Below are positions 11,900 through 23,800 of a stretch of DNA of 64,000 bases, one piece after another. Under the pieces are notes generated by a model. That model saw only the letters and a list, made by a program, of their open reading frames with translations. It did no database searches and had not been told where the DNA came from. The translations under genes were made by a program, and so were the position numbers. Every line of letters starts with the position of its first letter. Position 1 is the stretch's first letter. Origin of the DNA: Raillietiella orientalis (taxonomy: Eukaryota); the NCBI GenBank assembly GCA_036172245.1, contig JAYWIR010000001.1, positions 7,998,001 through 8,062,000 on the forward strand. The letters are read 5' to 3'.

Positions 11900-13920
11900 T
11901 ATTCCCGGGAAAGTGGCAATGGGGCTCCCGCCACCTGGTCGGGCGGGACGGATGGAGGCATGGGGGCACCGCCCAGCGGTTCTCCCACCTCCATGGGGGC
12001 CGATTCCTCGGCGGACCGCAACGGTTGAAGGGAGCATGCTTCACGCACCTGCTTCCCCTCTTCCTTGGGGGCCGATTCCTTGACTGCGTTGGACGGCAGG
12101 TGGGAGCGGTTCTCAGCTGACTGCTCCCCCTCTTCCATGACCATCTTCTCCGCAGGCTCCACCGGTGGAAGGGGGAGGCAATGCCCTGCCTGCTCCCCCT
12201 CCTCCATGGGGGTGGCCGGCTGCTCGGTGGCGGAGGGTGGGAAAATTCCTTCCTCCGTTCCCACGCTGCCGGCTTCCCCCTCGGCTGCCGGTACGTCCCC
12301 CTCGCTCTTCGTCGGGATGCGCCTCTTGGGATTCTTGGACTTCCGTCCAGTCTTCTTCGGAGGCGCCTCCGTGGAAGAGGACGCACTTCCGGCATCCGGG
12401 TCGTGGTCACCTGTCGGAGGTGCCCTGGTCGCGGCCGGCCTTCGCAAGGCCTTTCGCGCGCCGTTCTCACGGTCGGCGAGTTCGGCCGCGAGCTCTTCCG
12501 CCGCCTGCTGGAAGGCGGCCTCGTCGATCGCGGCGAGCGCGTCGCGCGGTTCCCCCTCTGTTTGCACAGAGGGTTCGCCTTCCGCAATCGCGTTATCGTC
12601 GGCGTCGACGCGGGGGATATCGCCCCCGGTGGCGGTCTCGGGTACCTCCACACGCTCCAAAGCGACCGAACATTCGCGGATCAACGCGCGGCTTTGTCTC
12701 CTATTTAAAGGAGACGTCGCGGGTTCCGCTGTCGACCCTTCGGTTTTCTTAATTTTCTTGGCTTTAGGCTTCGCCTTCTGCCAGCCTTCTCTCTTTTCAG
12801 CGTCGTCGGTAGATTCCACGACCGGCGTTTGCTGCACGGTCTCGGGCTCCGGCTGTGGGTTCCGCCTCACGGGTGCCTTCGCAGGGTTTTCCGTAGCCTC
12901 CGCGCGTTTCCCTTTGGAATTTTTCAAGGCAGCGGGAGCCGGAGGTTCGCGCTTCGGGCACACTTTGCGGAGGTGGCCCTTCTCTCCACAGTGGAAACAC
13001 TGGATGTGAGGGCACCGCTTTTTCAGGTGCCCTGTGGCATCACAGTGTCCACAGTACTTGGGCTTGCCCACGTACCAGACGTCGACGGTCTCGTTGCCGA
13101 CGTCTAGTTTGTGGGGTAGCCCACCGTTTTCGTGGACGGTTACACGCGCACCAGCCATGCCACTAAACAGTCTTCCGTAACTCTGGAAGACGTTGGGCTT
13201 GGGCCATAGCGCGTGAACCGTTCCGTATTTTCCGAGTTCCTCCTGCACGTCGGCTTTCGACATGCGGAGGGTGACTCCCGTGAGGTGCGTCACCACGGAG
13301 CGATCCTCCGTTACCAAGAAAACCTTTCGGCCTTCCAGTGTGATTGGCGTATTCAGGAGGTGTTGAGCAAGGCTTGCATTTCTGCAAGTCAGCTCCACCC
13401 GCTGACCACAACTCAACACGGAAAGACCTTCCAGGTCTTCCTCTTTTACGTTCAACCGCTGCAACTCCCTTTCGAAGTTGCGAGCGGTGTTCCCGACAAA
13501 CAGATTGCCTATCTTGTATATCAGGGACGGCTTGTATCCCTGCTCCAGGTAGGCTTTCTGCTCGGCGAGGGCTGCAGGAGATGGGGCTGCAGCCACTGAA
13601 CTCCAGGTCTTCGGCGATGCCGAAGACGCATTCGAGGGTGCAGGTGCCCCCTTTTTCAAGGAGGCGGTTGCGCCCTTTTCCAGGGTTGCGGTTGTCCCCT
13701 TTTTCAAGGGGGCGGTTGCACCCTGTTCCAGCGGGGCTTTTGCCCCCTTTTTCAAGGGGGCCTTTGCCCTCGCTTCCGAGGCGGCGGTTGCCCCCTTTTT
13801 CAGGGGTGCGGCTGCCGTCGCCTCCGTGGGGGCGATTGCCCCCACCTCCGTGGGTTGGGGAGAGGAGCAAGCCTCTCCCCCTCCTATATCCATCGCGGTG
13901 TCCTCAGGCATTTCTGCCAT
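11899..13920 (-). CDS. ORF1 gag-like nucleic-acid-binding protein (A1, 673 aa)
   Basis: Open from MAEMPED; two CX2CX4HX4C knuckles (CGHCDATGHLKKRC, CFHCGEKGHLRKVC); long acidic, disordered tail. Confidence 0.9.
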   Translation of the reverse strand: MAEMPEDTAMDIGGGEACSSPQPTEVGAIAPTEATAAAPLKKGATAASEARAKAPLKKGAKAPLEQGATAPLKKGTTATLEKGATASLKKGAPAPSNASSASPKTWSSVAAAPSPAALAEQKAYLEQGYKPSLIYKIGNLFVGNTARNFERELQRLNVKEEDLEGLSVLSCGQRVELTCRNASLAQHLLNTPITLEGRKVFLVTEDRSVVTHLTGVTLRMSKADVQEELGKYGTVHALWPKPNVFQSYGRLFSGMAGARVTVHENGGLPHKLDVGNETVDVWYVGKPKYCGHCDATGHLKKRCPHIQCFHCGEKGHLRKVCPKREPPAPAALKNSKGKRAEATENPAKAPVRRNPQPEPETVQQTPVVESTDDAEKREGWQKAKPKAKKIKKTEGSTAEPATSPLNRRQSRALIRECSVALERVEVPETATGGDIPRVDADDNAIAEGEPSVQTEGEPRDALAAIDEAAFQQAAEELAAELADRENGARKALRRPAATRAPPTGDHDPDAGSASSSTEAPPKKTGRKSKNPKRRIPTKSEGDVPAAEGEAGSVGTEEGIFPPSATEQPATPMEEGEQAGHCLPLPPVEPAEKMVMEEGEQSAENRSHLPSNAVKESAPKEEGKQVREACSLQPLRSAEESAPMEVGEPLGGAPMPPSVPPDQVAGAPLPLSRE

Positions 13921-14008
13921 TCGACACCGCAGATGCTTCACACACAATCACAATCCAAATAAATCGCTTTACACCAGGCGCGGAGGAGCGCTACAAAAAC
14001 ACGTCCGC

Positions 14009-16370
14009 ACGCCAAGTTGATAGCAGGGCTATGGGCTTCGCGTCTGGTGTAGGTGGCAGAATCCGTAATTAGCCCGGAGCACACTTATGCTGTTCCCGGG
14101 CGAAGTATGGATGCTAACCTCTTCTTCGCAAGCACATGGGTGCACCTGCAGAGAAGAGAGAAGAAAGGGATAGGGAAAGTCGGCATCCCCACATTGGGGC
14201 CGCCAGCCGGGCTGGGAAGGGACCCCCGGGCGGGGAAGGGGGCCCTAGCGCTCGCAGTCGATCTCCACAAGGCGTTCGACTGTGTAGACCAGGACCTCCT
14301 TTTGGAGCTCCTCCTGGTCCTTCCCACCCTCCCTGACTTCCTACCTGCGCTCTTGCTGGCGGAATGCGATGATTACCGTCTCTTTCAGTGGACAGAAGGT
14401 GTATGGCGTGCCGGTGCGGCGGGGCATAAGGCAGGGAGATAGCCTCAGCCCACTGCTCTTCAGCACCTACTTTGAGTTGGTGCTGAGAGCGTACAGGGTG
14501 ACTTTGCAGCTTTGCCGAGCTCGTGCCCCGGCACGCCCGCCGTAGCAGCGTACGCCGACGATCTTCTGCTCTTGTTGCCAATGTCCACCCCGGCAAAGGC
14601 GGTCGGTGACTTCTTCGATCTGCTCAGCCGCGGCACCGGACTGCAGGTTAACAGGGCAAAGTCGTCGGTTGTGCCAATAGGTGCGGCGTTGGCAAGGCAG
14701 CAGGACTGGGTCCGTCTGGGGATACCCACGGCGAGGTGCTTCAAGTACCTTGGTGTGCCGTTAAGGGACTACTCCCCTGCGTAAGCGTGGTGCAGCTGCC
14801 TCCTAAAAGTCGAGACGGCGATCGGCCCGTTCCTGGAAGGCAAGTTTCACTTGCCGGAACGGGCCGCGGTTTGGAACGCCTTCGCAGCCTCCATCCTCCG
14901 CCCCTTTCTTTTTGTTTGCCCTTCCACCGTGGAATCGAAGAAGAGGACAAAGGACCTCCGCCGTATCGCCCTTTGGGGCAAGCGGAGACCCCTAGTCCCT
15001 CTGAAGGACTTGTGCGCTCCGCGTCGGGACGGCGGTCTTGGCCTCCTGACGCTGTAGCGCGTGGAGAAGCAGCTGCGGTGGCGAACCCTCACCATCGCAG
15101 CGAAGATGTGGATCACCCCTTGGTGCACTCCAGCCCGCCTCCTGGCCAGCCGTGTGTCCCGGTGCGATGGACTCGCTTCTTTTCTTCTGAGCCGTGGCCG
15201 GAAGATGCGAAGATGCGGCCTACTGCTCGGGCGCATGGCAACATTGGCCAAGGAGAACAGCTGGATGGTTTGCTGCCCCGCCAACTCCCCCGCCTGGCTG
15301 GAGTAGAACATCGGAACGTGGGCAGTGGTGAATCAGAAAAGCCACGAAACGTGGAATCGTCTCCGATGCAGCCCCTACGCCCGCTGCACTCTGAGGAATC
15401 TCCTGGAGAATCCAGCCAGAAGCACGTGGGCAGAGACAACCTGCCTGGCTACGGCGCTGCCCTTCCTGAGAAGGGCGCTACACAGCAGTCGGACGCCAAG
15501 GTGGCAAGTCTCCTGCTGCATCGAGGGACATGAGAAGAGAATCATCGCCTGGACCATGGGTCAACTGGCGGACGCCACGACCCCGAGGGCCCAGCCGCGA
15601 GGACTAAGAAGATGGGGCGAGCTGCTGGCCATCCCTATGGATGTGCTGAAGTGGCCCCACTTCTTCAGGAATCCAGGATCCTGCCCCTTAAGTGGAAAGA
15701 GTCGGCGTTGCTGTTGTTGCATTGGGGTTTGCCCTGCAACGCACGCCGTTCTCACTGGAGAAGAGGAGTTGTGGATCCTGCGTGTGTCAGGTGCGGAAAG
15801 CGGGAATCGCTCTCCCACCTGATTGTTTACCTTGCTGCCCTTCGCCCCCTTTGGGAACGGTTTGGGACGATCCTCGGTCTCCTTACGGGCAGTTTCCCTA
15901 GAGACGTTCTACGGCTTCTCTTCGCGAAGGACGCCCTGCAGCCAGCCGCAACCCTTGCAGCCTTGTGCTGCGTCCCAGGCATCGTGGCGGCATGGAGCGA
16001 CACCAACAAGGAAGGAGTGGGTCAACACGCGAGGGATGTCATCCCATATTCCCAACGCTTCTTGCGGAGAGCTGCCGGATGGCCCCAACTGGGGAATATA
16101 CGGATGGACATCGAGGGCTTCCTTCAACGGATGGGCCCTCCTCTCAGCGAACAGTGATTCTTTTCCCTGCCCCCCAACCTTATTTGTTTGTCTGCGTTTT
16201 TTGTTTTTATTTTTTTTTTTTCCCCATCCCCTTTCGCTGACGGGGAGTGCCACGCCGGGCTGCGTCCCGGGGTCCCGGTAGTTCCCGTGCATAAGGCCGT
16301 GAGCGGGGCCTGGTACCGCGATTGTAGAGTTTTTCATAAATAAACGCCCCGGGCGTACCCGGGTTGCAAC
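14009..16370 (+). mobile_element. Subfamily F copy 1, distal half (RT from AKLIAG to the 3' end), degenerate
   Basis: AKLIAGLWASRL, KAFD, QGDSLSP, YADD and CVRCGKRESLSHL; 3' end aataaacgccccgggcgtacccgggttgcaac at 16339-16370. Confidence 0.9.
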
Positions 16371-16479
16371 GTCGAATCCCCGCTGTGGAGAGAGGACGTG
16401 CTTTTCCTGCGCTCCGCCTGCGTGGCAAGGCGAGTGGTTTTTTCTTGAGTGATTTGTGCGTGCATATCGTCGGTGTCCG

Positions 16480-18357
16480 ATGGCAGCGTTGCCAGAGGAC
16501 ACCGCGATGGAAGTAGGCGTGATGGAGGCTTGTTCGTCCCCACAGCCTACTGGATCAGGGGCATCCGCCCCGGAATCGTCCCCGGGGACGCCGAGGTCAT
16601 GGAGCGCCATGGTGGCCGCGCCTAGCGTTGAAGCCATGGCCGAGATGGAAGCCTACAAGAAAGCGGGGTATAAACCCTCGCTAGTCTACAAGGTAGGCAA
16701 CCTTTTCGATGGGCGTACTGCACGCGCCTTTACGAAGGCGCTGCAGAACGCCAATATCTTCGAAAAAGATCTGGACGGCCTCTGCGTCCTCAGCGGCGGG
16801 CAGCGGGTCGAGGTGGCATGCAAGGATATTACCTTGGCCCGACACCTGATCACCGACCCGCTGATCGTTGATGGTCGGAAGATCTTGCCGGTGACGATGG
16901 ACCTCTCGGTGGTGGTCCATCTCACAGGGATGTCCAGTCGCATGACTAGGTCAGCGGTTCGCGAACAGTTACAAAAGCACGCAGAAGTGCACGCGTTGTG
17001 GCCGAAGTCCACGATTTTCCAAGGCTACAATAGCCTTTTCGGAGGTCAAGCTGCGGCGCGTATCACCGTAAGAGAGGGTGGTGCGCTTCCCCACAAGCTG
17101 GAGGTCTGCCAAGAAGCGGTGGACCTCTGGTACGTGGGGAAACGCCAATTTTGTGGCTACTGCAATGCAGTAGGGCATCTACGAAAAAGGTGCCCGAACA
17201 TTGTGTGCCACCTATGCGGCGAAAAGGGTCACGTTCGGCGCGTGTGCCCCAAGCTCCCAACCCCGGTGCCCCCTGCCGCCAAAAAGGCGCAGGGAAAACG
17301 TGGAAAGCTGGTAGAAAGACCAGCTCGCGAAAATGGCCGTTCCCAACTGCCAGACTTCCTTCCTCCCGTGCAGACGTCGGAGGAAAGAGCTCCCGTGAAC
17401 GCGGAAATGGAGGAGGGTTGGCAGCTCGTTCAGGCCAGAAAAGAAAAAAAAAAGAAATTAATGCCAGAAGAAAAGTCGGAGAAGAAAACTGCCGGCAACA
17501 AGAAAAAAGCCGCGCCGCTTTCAAAAAAAAAACAACTCCGCGAATGCTCGGTGGCACTGGAACGCTAAGCCGTTCCTACCGAGTCCGCCCGCGGCAATGT
17601 TCGCGGAACAGCTGATGCGGACGCGATGAATACTCGCGTGGACGAGCCCATTCTACGTTTAGAGGGTGAGACGCGAGACTCGCGCGCCGACAGCCAGGAC
17701 GCCGTGCTCGATAAAGTCGCGGAGGAGCCCGCGGCAACGTTCGCCGTCAGCGATGACGCCGCGCTCGATAAGGTCACGGAGCAGCCCGCGGCAACGGTCG
17801 CCGCTGGGGAAGACGCGGCCTTCGAGAAAGCGACGCAGGAGCTCGCAGCAACGCTCGCCGAGCGCGAAACCCCGTCGCGCAAAGGCGTACGCAGGTCGGC
17901 TCCGACGAAGAAGGCCCACGCAGGTGACTGCGACCTGTGGGCCGGAAGCGGATCCTCCTCCTCGGAGGCACCCCCCAGGAAGTCTGGACGCAAGTCCCAG
18001 AAACCCAGGAGGCGCCTCCCCTCCACCAGCGAGGAGGAGAAGCAGGAAGGAAGCGGCAGCGTGGGAATCCCGGAGGGGGAATAACCACGCCCGGAAGCCG
18101 TCGAGTCGGCCACCTCCATGGAGGAGGGTGACCAGGGGGGTGAAGTCCTCCCTGCAGTCGCGAAACCTGAGCATCCCGAACCCATGGATTAGGGCGAACA
18201 GGTAGGCGCGACTCCACATGCGGGTGATCCGGCCGACGCGCCGGCACCGATGGAGGAGGAGGAACAGGTGCCTTCAGTACCTGTCCCCCCTCCCCCTCCA
18301 CCTAGCGTCCCGCCCCAGCATGTGGCGGACGACGCATCGCCGTTTTCCCAGGAGTAA
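16480..18357 (+). pseudogene. ORF1 of F2 with premature stops
   Basis: MAALPED start and two CCHC knuckles; in-frame stops at 17566, 18082 and 18190; natural end FSQE* at 18357. Confidence 0.85.
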
Positions 18358-19115
18358 CACCTGGGCTCGCCAGTCGCCGTCGGATTCGCGCCGCCTGTTG
18401 GAACGTCAACGGGCTGCGCGAAGACGGTAACAGGCGAGATACGGCCGACACCCTGCGTGAGCTCGACCTGGCGCTGCTGCAGGAGATCCACGTGATCACC
18501 GCGGCAGACGCCCAGGAGATCGAGACGATCGCGGGTGGTCGGTTGTATTGGCGATGCGGCCTCCGCAACACCTGCGGGGTCGCGTTCTTCGTGAAGCCCG
18601 CCATCGACGCTGCCGTAAAGGGCGTGCGGTTTGATGACCGCGGTCGGATCGGTCAGCTGATTCTCAGCTGGTCCGACTCGATCGACCTAATCCTCACAAA
18701 CGTGTATGGCCCCAGCGGCAAACAGGGGTACCGCGACCGCACCAGGCTGCTGGAAACCCAGAAGCGCGACTGGCGGGCGGATACCAATGTGCGAAAGGCT
18801 CACCTGATAGCGGGAGATTTCAATCGAGTGAGGACGTGTTTTTCTTCGCTCTCGTTTCCGTGCTTTCATCCGCTTCATCTTGGCGTCGTACATTTTGACG
18901 ACGATTTTGACCCAACCCGAAGCTACTGAAGTTGGAGGAACAGTATCCGGATCTGCAATCGCGGAACCGACAGCCGCCTCCACTTCGTCTTCCTCGCCGA
19001 TGGAGAGGAACTTGCTGACGGTGCTGCCACAGCAGCTGTCAAAGGGAAACCAATCGACGAGTCGGAGTTGCGGCCATACGTAGCCTAAGGCTATAGACCT
19101 GCCCTCCGATATAAG

Positions 19116-20825
19116 GTGAGTGGTTTTCTTTCTGCGCGCGACGGGAATCAGTTCAACGATGAACTGACCCGTGTTGGCGTGCGGGAGGAGGACCTCCTCG
19201 TAATTATGGCCGTAAAGGATATGGGCTATTTCAAGGTGCGTTGCAAAGACGCTGCACTTGTGCAACGCTTGCTGCGCACCCCGTTGTCGATCCGTGGCCA
19301 GAAGGTCTTCCCGGCCGCCATGGACGACTCATTTGTGGCGGAGATTTTCGACATCGACTCGGAAATCTCCGATATTGATATTCGGAACGCGTTGGCAAAA
19401 TTCGCCACGGTCCATGCGCTGTATAGGGGGAATAGCAACATCAAGGACTTCCCGTCCATACACAGCGGAGTCGCTGGAGTCCGGCTTACAATGCCGGACC
19501 GCCGTCTGCTGCCCACCAAACTACAGGTGAAAGACACGGTAGTTCACCTGTGGTTCGTGGGCAAAGTAGGGACGTGCGAGCAATGCGGGAAGGAGGGGCA
19601 TTGTTTGGATAAATGCCCCTCTGGAAAATGCCGTTATTGCAAACTATGCGGGCACCAATTGAAAAATTGCCCGGATCATTTGCGAAAAAAGGCAGCCGCG
19701 GAGCTCCATTTTGAAAAACAAAGCGCGGATAAAAAGAAAAAATCTGCGAAAAACCTGGAGACCCCACGGCAGAAATTCGGTAAAAACGCGAAGCGGAATG
19801 TCGCCCCAAAGCAGCAGGAAACCTCGCACGCCAAGCCCTGCGCGCTCCCTCTCGCGGCAGGGAAGCCGCAAAAGAAAGGGTGCGGGGAATCCGGGTCAAT
19901 GGTAAGTCCCCCTAGGCTCAATAGCTGTCCTTCCCAAGCACGCCAGGCTCTCTCGGAGTTCGAGCAACCGGCGGGGACGCCAATGGACATCGGCGGTAAG
20001 GACACTTCCAGTACCGTCAGATCCATTCCTTCACCTCCTCCAGTGGCTCAGAAGCCCAAATCGTGTAAGAAGGGTTGTGCCGTGTCGACTTCGAAAGTCG
20101 GCAAAAAAAAATCCGCGTCGCGATCCAACACCGCGAAAGCGGAGAAAAATCTCACGCCGTCGCAGTCGGAGAGCAAGCTCTCGACTGGCGCGGATGCCAT
20201 GCCAACGAAGGGATTAAAAGCCCTTCCGAAGGCAGCGTCCATGACGAGCGTGTCGGAGCCATCGAAAGTGCTCCCGTTTAAAGAAGCGGATGGCTTCAAA
20301 GATGGCAATGGAGCACAATCTCCATTTACGGCGCCAAGCGGAGTGAGGAAACGTAATAAGGTAAAGAAGACTTCAGCAAAGGTCCCTCGTGCAACTGCGC
20401 GTGAGCACGCTGAAAACGCGCGTGCCGGGAAAGCAGCCGTCACCAAAAGCGATGCTCTGGAGACGGAAAATGACAACAGGACAGCTGTCAATCCAGCAGA
20501 ACCTGTCACTACTTCGCGGAAGGCCGAAACCCGATCGAACATGCGCCGGTCGGACTCCGAAATGAATGCCGTTCCGATCACCGAGACGAGGACAACTCGT
20601 TCTAAAGCGTGTGCGCGCCAATCAAAAGTAGGCAGCCAGGCAACTCTCGCCGCGAAGCAACGCGAAGTCTCCAGGAAACCCGACGGGGTTAAGCCTGGCG
20701 TGGAGGCATTACATGCATGCAGCATGACAGAGGACGGTGGCGACCGTCCCCTCCAGCCAGTCGTGCTGCTCGTCTTCTGCTCGCCGGATAAATCGAGCAA
20801 AAAGCCGCCACCTTCCCAGCAGTAA
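19116..20825 (+). CDS. ORF1 of E (N-terminus upstream of 19116 probably broken by a frameshift or stop)
   Basis: 569-aa ORF with CEQCGKEGHCLDKC and CRYCKLCGHQLKNC knuckles; ends in a TAATG overlap with ORF2. Confidence 0.8.
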   Translation: MSGFLSARDGNQFNDELTRVGVREEDLLVIMAVKDMGYFKVRCKDAALVQRLLRTPLSIRGQKVFPAAMDDSFVAEIFDIDSEISDIDIRNALAKFATVHALYRGNSNIKDFPSIHSGVAGVRLTMPDRRLLPTKLQVKDTVVHLWFVGKVGTCEQCGKEGHCLDKCPSGKCRYCKLCGHQLKNCPDHLRKKAAAELHFEKQSADKKKKSAKNLETPRQKFGKNAKRNVAPKQQETSHAKPCALPLAAGKPQKKGCGESGSMVSPPRLNSCPSQARQALSEFEQPAGTPMDIGGKDTSSTVRSIPSPPPVAQKPKSCKKGCAVSTSKVGKKKSASRSNTAKAEKNLTPSQSESKLSTGADAMPTKGLKALPKAASMTSVSEPSKVLPFKEADGFKDGNGAQSPFTAPSGVRKRNKVKKTSAKVPRATAREHAENARAGKAAVTKSDALETENDNRTAVNPAEPVTTSRKAETRSNMRRSDSEMNAVPITETRTTRSKACARQSKVGSQATLAAKQREVSRKPDGVKPGVEALHACSMTEDGGDRPLQPVVLLVFCSPDKSSKKPPPSQQ

Positions 20826-23800
20826 TGCGGGGAATCGCGTCTTCTCGTTGTCTGTCCGTAACGTGTTGGAACGTGAACGGACTACAGAACGACAAGAGGC
20901 GATTAGTGGCCAACGCCCTGCGCCCCTTCGACCTCGCGCTCCTGCAGGAGATTCACGTAATCTCCGACGAGCAGGCAGCCGAAATCGAGGAGCGCGCAAA
21001 CGGAACGCTACATTGGCGGTGCGGCGGCGCACACACGTGCGGCGTCGCGTTCCTCGTAAGAGGAAAAATGGCGGAAGCGGTGCGTAGTGTTCGTTTCGAT
21101 GACGACGGACGGATAGGCCAGCTTGTCAGCAAGTGGTCCGAGTCCATCGATCTCGTCGTTACGAACGTCTACGCGCCGAGTGGCTCTCGCTACCTCGAAG
21201 AAAGAGTAGCTTTCTTTGGTGAGGTGCAGAGCCACTGGCTCAACACCTCCGGTTTCCAAGTGGCGCACCTCGCCGCTGGGGACTTCAACGTCCGCCTGCT
21301 CTCCGACGATTGGAGCCGCCCGAGGGAGCGCGCGCTGCCCATCGAGATGTGCGCGTCCGTGCACGCCGCCAACTTGATGGTCAGCGAACCTGGAATGGAA
21401 AGATCGCTCGATCACGTTTTCCTCGATGAAAACCTGCATTCGCGTGTGGGTAGGAGAGGAAGATTGTTGACTAGGCTTTCTGACCACCACAGGTTGGAGT
21501 TTGAGATCCTTCCGCCAGGCAGGGGGCCTCCGTTGCAAAACTGGAGGATGCAGGCGGATTGGCTTAGCCAACCGGAGGCTGCAGAGCATCTACGTGGATA
21601 CCTCCGAGGCTTTGCCATTCAAGAACTTGCGGACTGGGACGATCTCAAAAGATCTGTTTGCGAGTTCTGCTGCCAATTCCCCTTGCACCGGCTTCACTGC
21701 GGTTTCGGAGAAGGCGTGGCCAACAGTAGAGACTTTCTGCAGGCCCGCACGTTTTCGAGACGCGCGGATGTCGGGCGTCTCGCAGAGTACAAGGCGAGGG
21801 CCGAGCGCCAGGTCTGGCAGTCCGGAGCAGCATGCCTGTTGCACGACAAGGGCCAGGAATGTTCGGCCCCAGCCGAAGTACGCCGCATTGTGAGACGCTA
21901 CTACTCCTCGCTGTACGCGGAATCCCCGACGGAGGATATTCTTTCTGAGATACTCCTGTCTCAGAATGCTCGTGTTGTCGGCGAGGAGGAACGCGAACGT
22001 CTCAACGAGCCCTTCACGGCGGATGAATTCTCGTCCGCAATCGCTGGGCTGAAGAGACGAAAGGCGCCAGGCGAGGATGGGCTCCCTGCAGAGTTTTATC
22101 AGTGCTTTGCAGTGGAGCTCATTCCCTCGATGCTGAAGCTCGTGACGCTGATGAGTGAATCCGGGAATGTCCCGGATTCCTTCCGCTCAGCGAAGGTGCG
22201 CCTCCTGACGAAAGGCGGAGACTTGCGTCAACTTAACAACTGGCGTCCGATTACCTTGGTGAACTCGGACGTCAAGTTGTTTTCCAAGCTGTGGGTCGCG
22301 CGGTTAGGAAGTATCGCGGAATCTGTGGTGAGCCCGGAACAAACCTACGCGGTTCCGGGACGATCCATGGAGGCGAACATCCTTTTCGCGCGTACATGGA
22401 TGCAGCTCCAGGAAGTTGTGGCGCAGCAAAGCCAGGCTGCTGCGAAAGTCACTGCCGCAGGCAAGAAGAACAGGCGCCGACGGCAGGAGGGAACGCCAGG
22501 TGCCTTGGCGGTCGCGCTCGATCTCCACAAGGCGTTCGACTGCGTAAACCAGAAGCTCCTCTTGGAGCTTATGGAACGCCTTTGGTTCCCGGCGCAACTC
22601 CTGCTGTATTTGCGCGCGTGCTGGCGCCACGCGCTAACCTGCATCACTTTCAGCGGCTGCCGCGTGTATGGTATTCCCGTTCGTAGGGGCATCCGACAGG
22701 GCGACAGCTTAAGCCCGTTGCTCTTCAGCATCTTCTTTGAGTTGGTGCTAAGAGCATACAGGCTGACGCTGTCTCACTTGCCAAGCTCCTGCCCGGGAAC
22801 GCCTGCCGTGGCCGCCTACACTGATGACCTGCTTCTTCTGCTCCCCATGTCCACCTCGGCGTCCAGTGTCGAGGATTTCTTCGACCTGATTCGTCGGGGA
22901 GCGGGCATGAGCGTGAACAGAGAGAAGAGCGTGGTCGTTCCTGTGGGTACGTCGTGGGAGGGGCAGTCCGACTGGATCCGCCTGGGGATCCCCACGGGCG
23001 GGTACTTTAAGTACCTTGGCGTTCCGTTGGGCGCTTTCGGCGCAGCCGAAGCGTGGGCGGACTGTCTTAAGAAAGCAGAGTTGGCCATCAGCCCGTTTTT
23101 TAACGGCAAGTTTACCTTGCAGGAACGGGCGACTATTTGGAACACCTTTGTGGCCCCCCTCCTCCGTCCCCTGTTTTTTGTTTTGGACCCCCCCTATGCG
23201 GCAAAGCAGCGGGCTAAACGCCTGCTGAGGAACGCTCTCTGAGGTCCGGCGAGATCCAGGATCCGCCTTAAAGATTTGTTAGCTCCGCGTCGGGATGCTG
23301 GTTTGGGTATCTTGACAATGGAACGAATCGGACTGCAGGTGCAGTTCCGAATGCTGGCACTGTGTGCCCAGCTATGGACATCCCCCCTGTGTGTGCCAGC
23401 CCGCATTCTCCTGCGGAGATGCGCCGGCAGCGGAGGATTTCTCTCGCTTTTGCCGGGCACTCAATACAGGAAGCGGGGTTTCGGGTTTCCATTGCGGCAG
23501 TTGACCGCACTTCTGGAAGCTCACTCGTGGATCTCCTGCCGCCCAATGAACTTTGAAGCTTGGCGGCAGGAGTCTGTTGAATCCTGGGCGGCGTTCCAAG
23601 GAATACGCCCTGAAGATCTTCGCCCCCTGCGTCAATTTTTTCCACGATCCTTGGAAGAAGTACTGCAGGACGAGGTGAAGTTTTCTACCCTGGCTGCCAC
23701 GCCTCTTGCCGCAGCGCTGTCTGCCCTCAGGGCAAGAAACGACAGTTACCAACCGGCGAGGTGGGAGGTTTCCTGCACGATAGCGGGAAAAACCAAACTC

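Larger units (their letters stand above)
8205..14008 (-). mobile_element. Subfamily A copy 1, full-length L1/Tx1-like LINE with inactivated ORF2
   Basis: 5' gcggacgtgttttt at 14008 and degenerate 3' hairpin at 8205-8240. Flanks acgcgaagttgct (8191-8203) and acgccaagttgat (14009-14021) are the DAKL target. Confidence 0.93.

Noticed and set aside
12065-13009. Long antisense or alternate-frame ORFs (also 29342..30286, 52043..52897, 9117..9917, 35237..36394)
   Set aside because: Shadows of GC-rich coding sequence with no recognisable domains.
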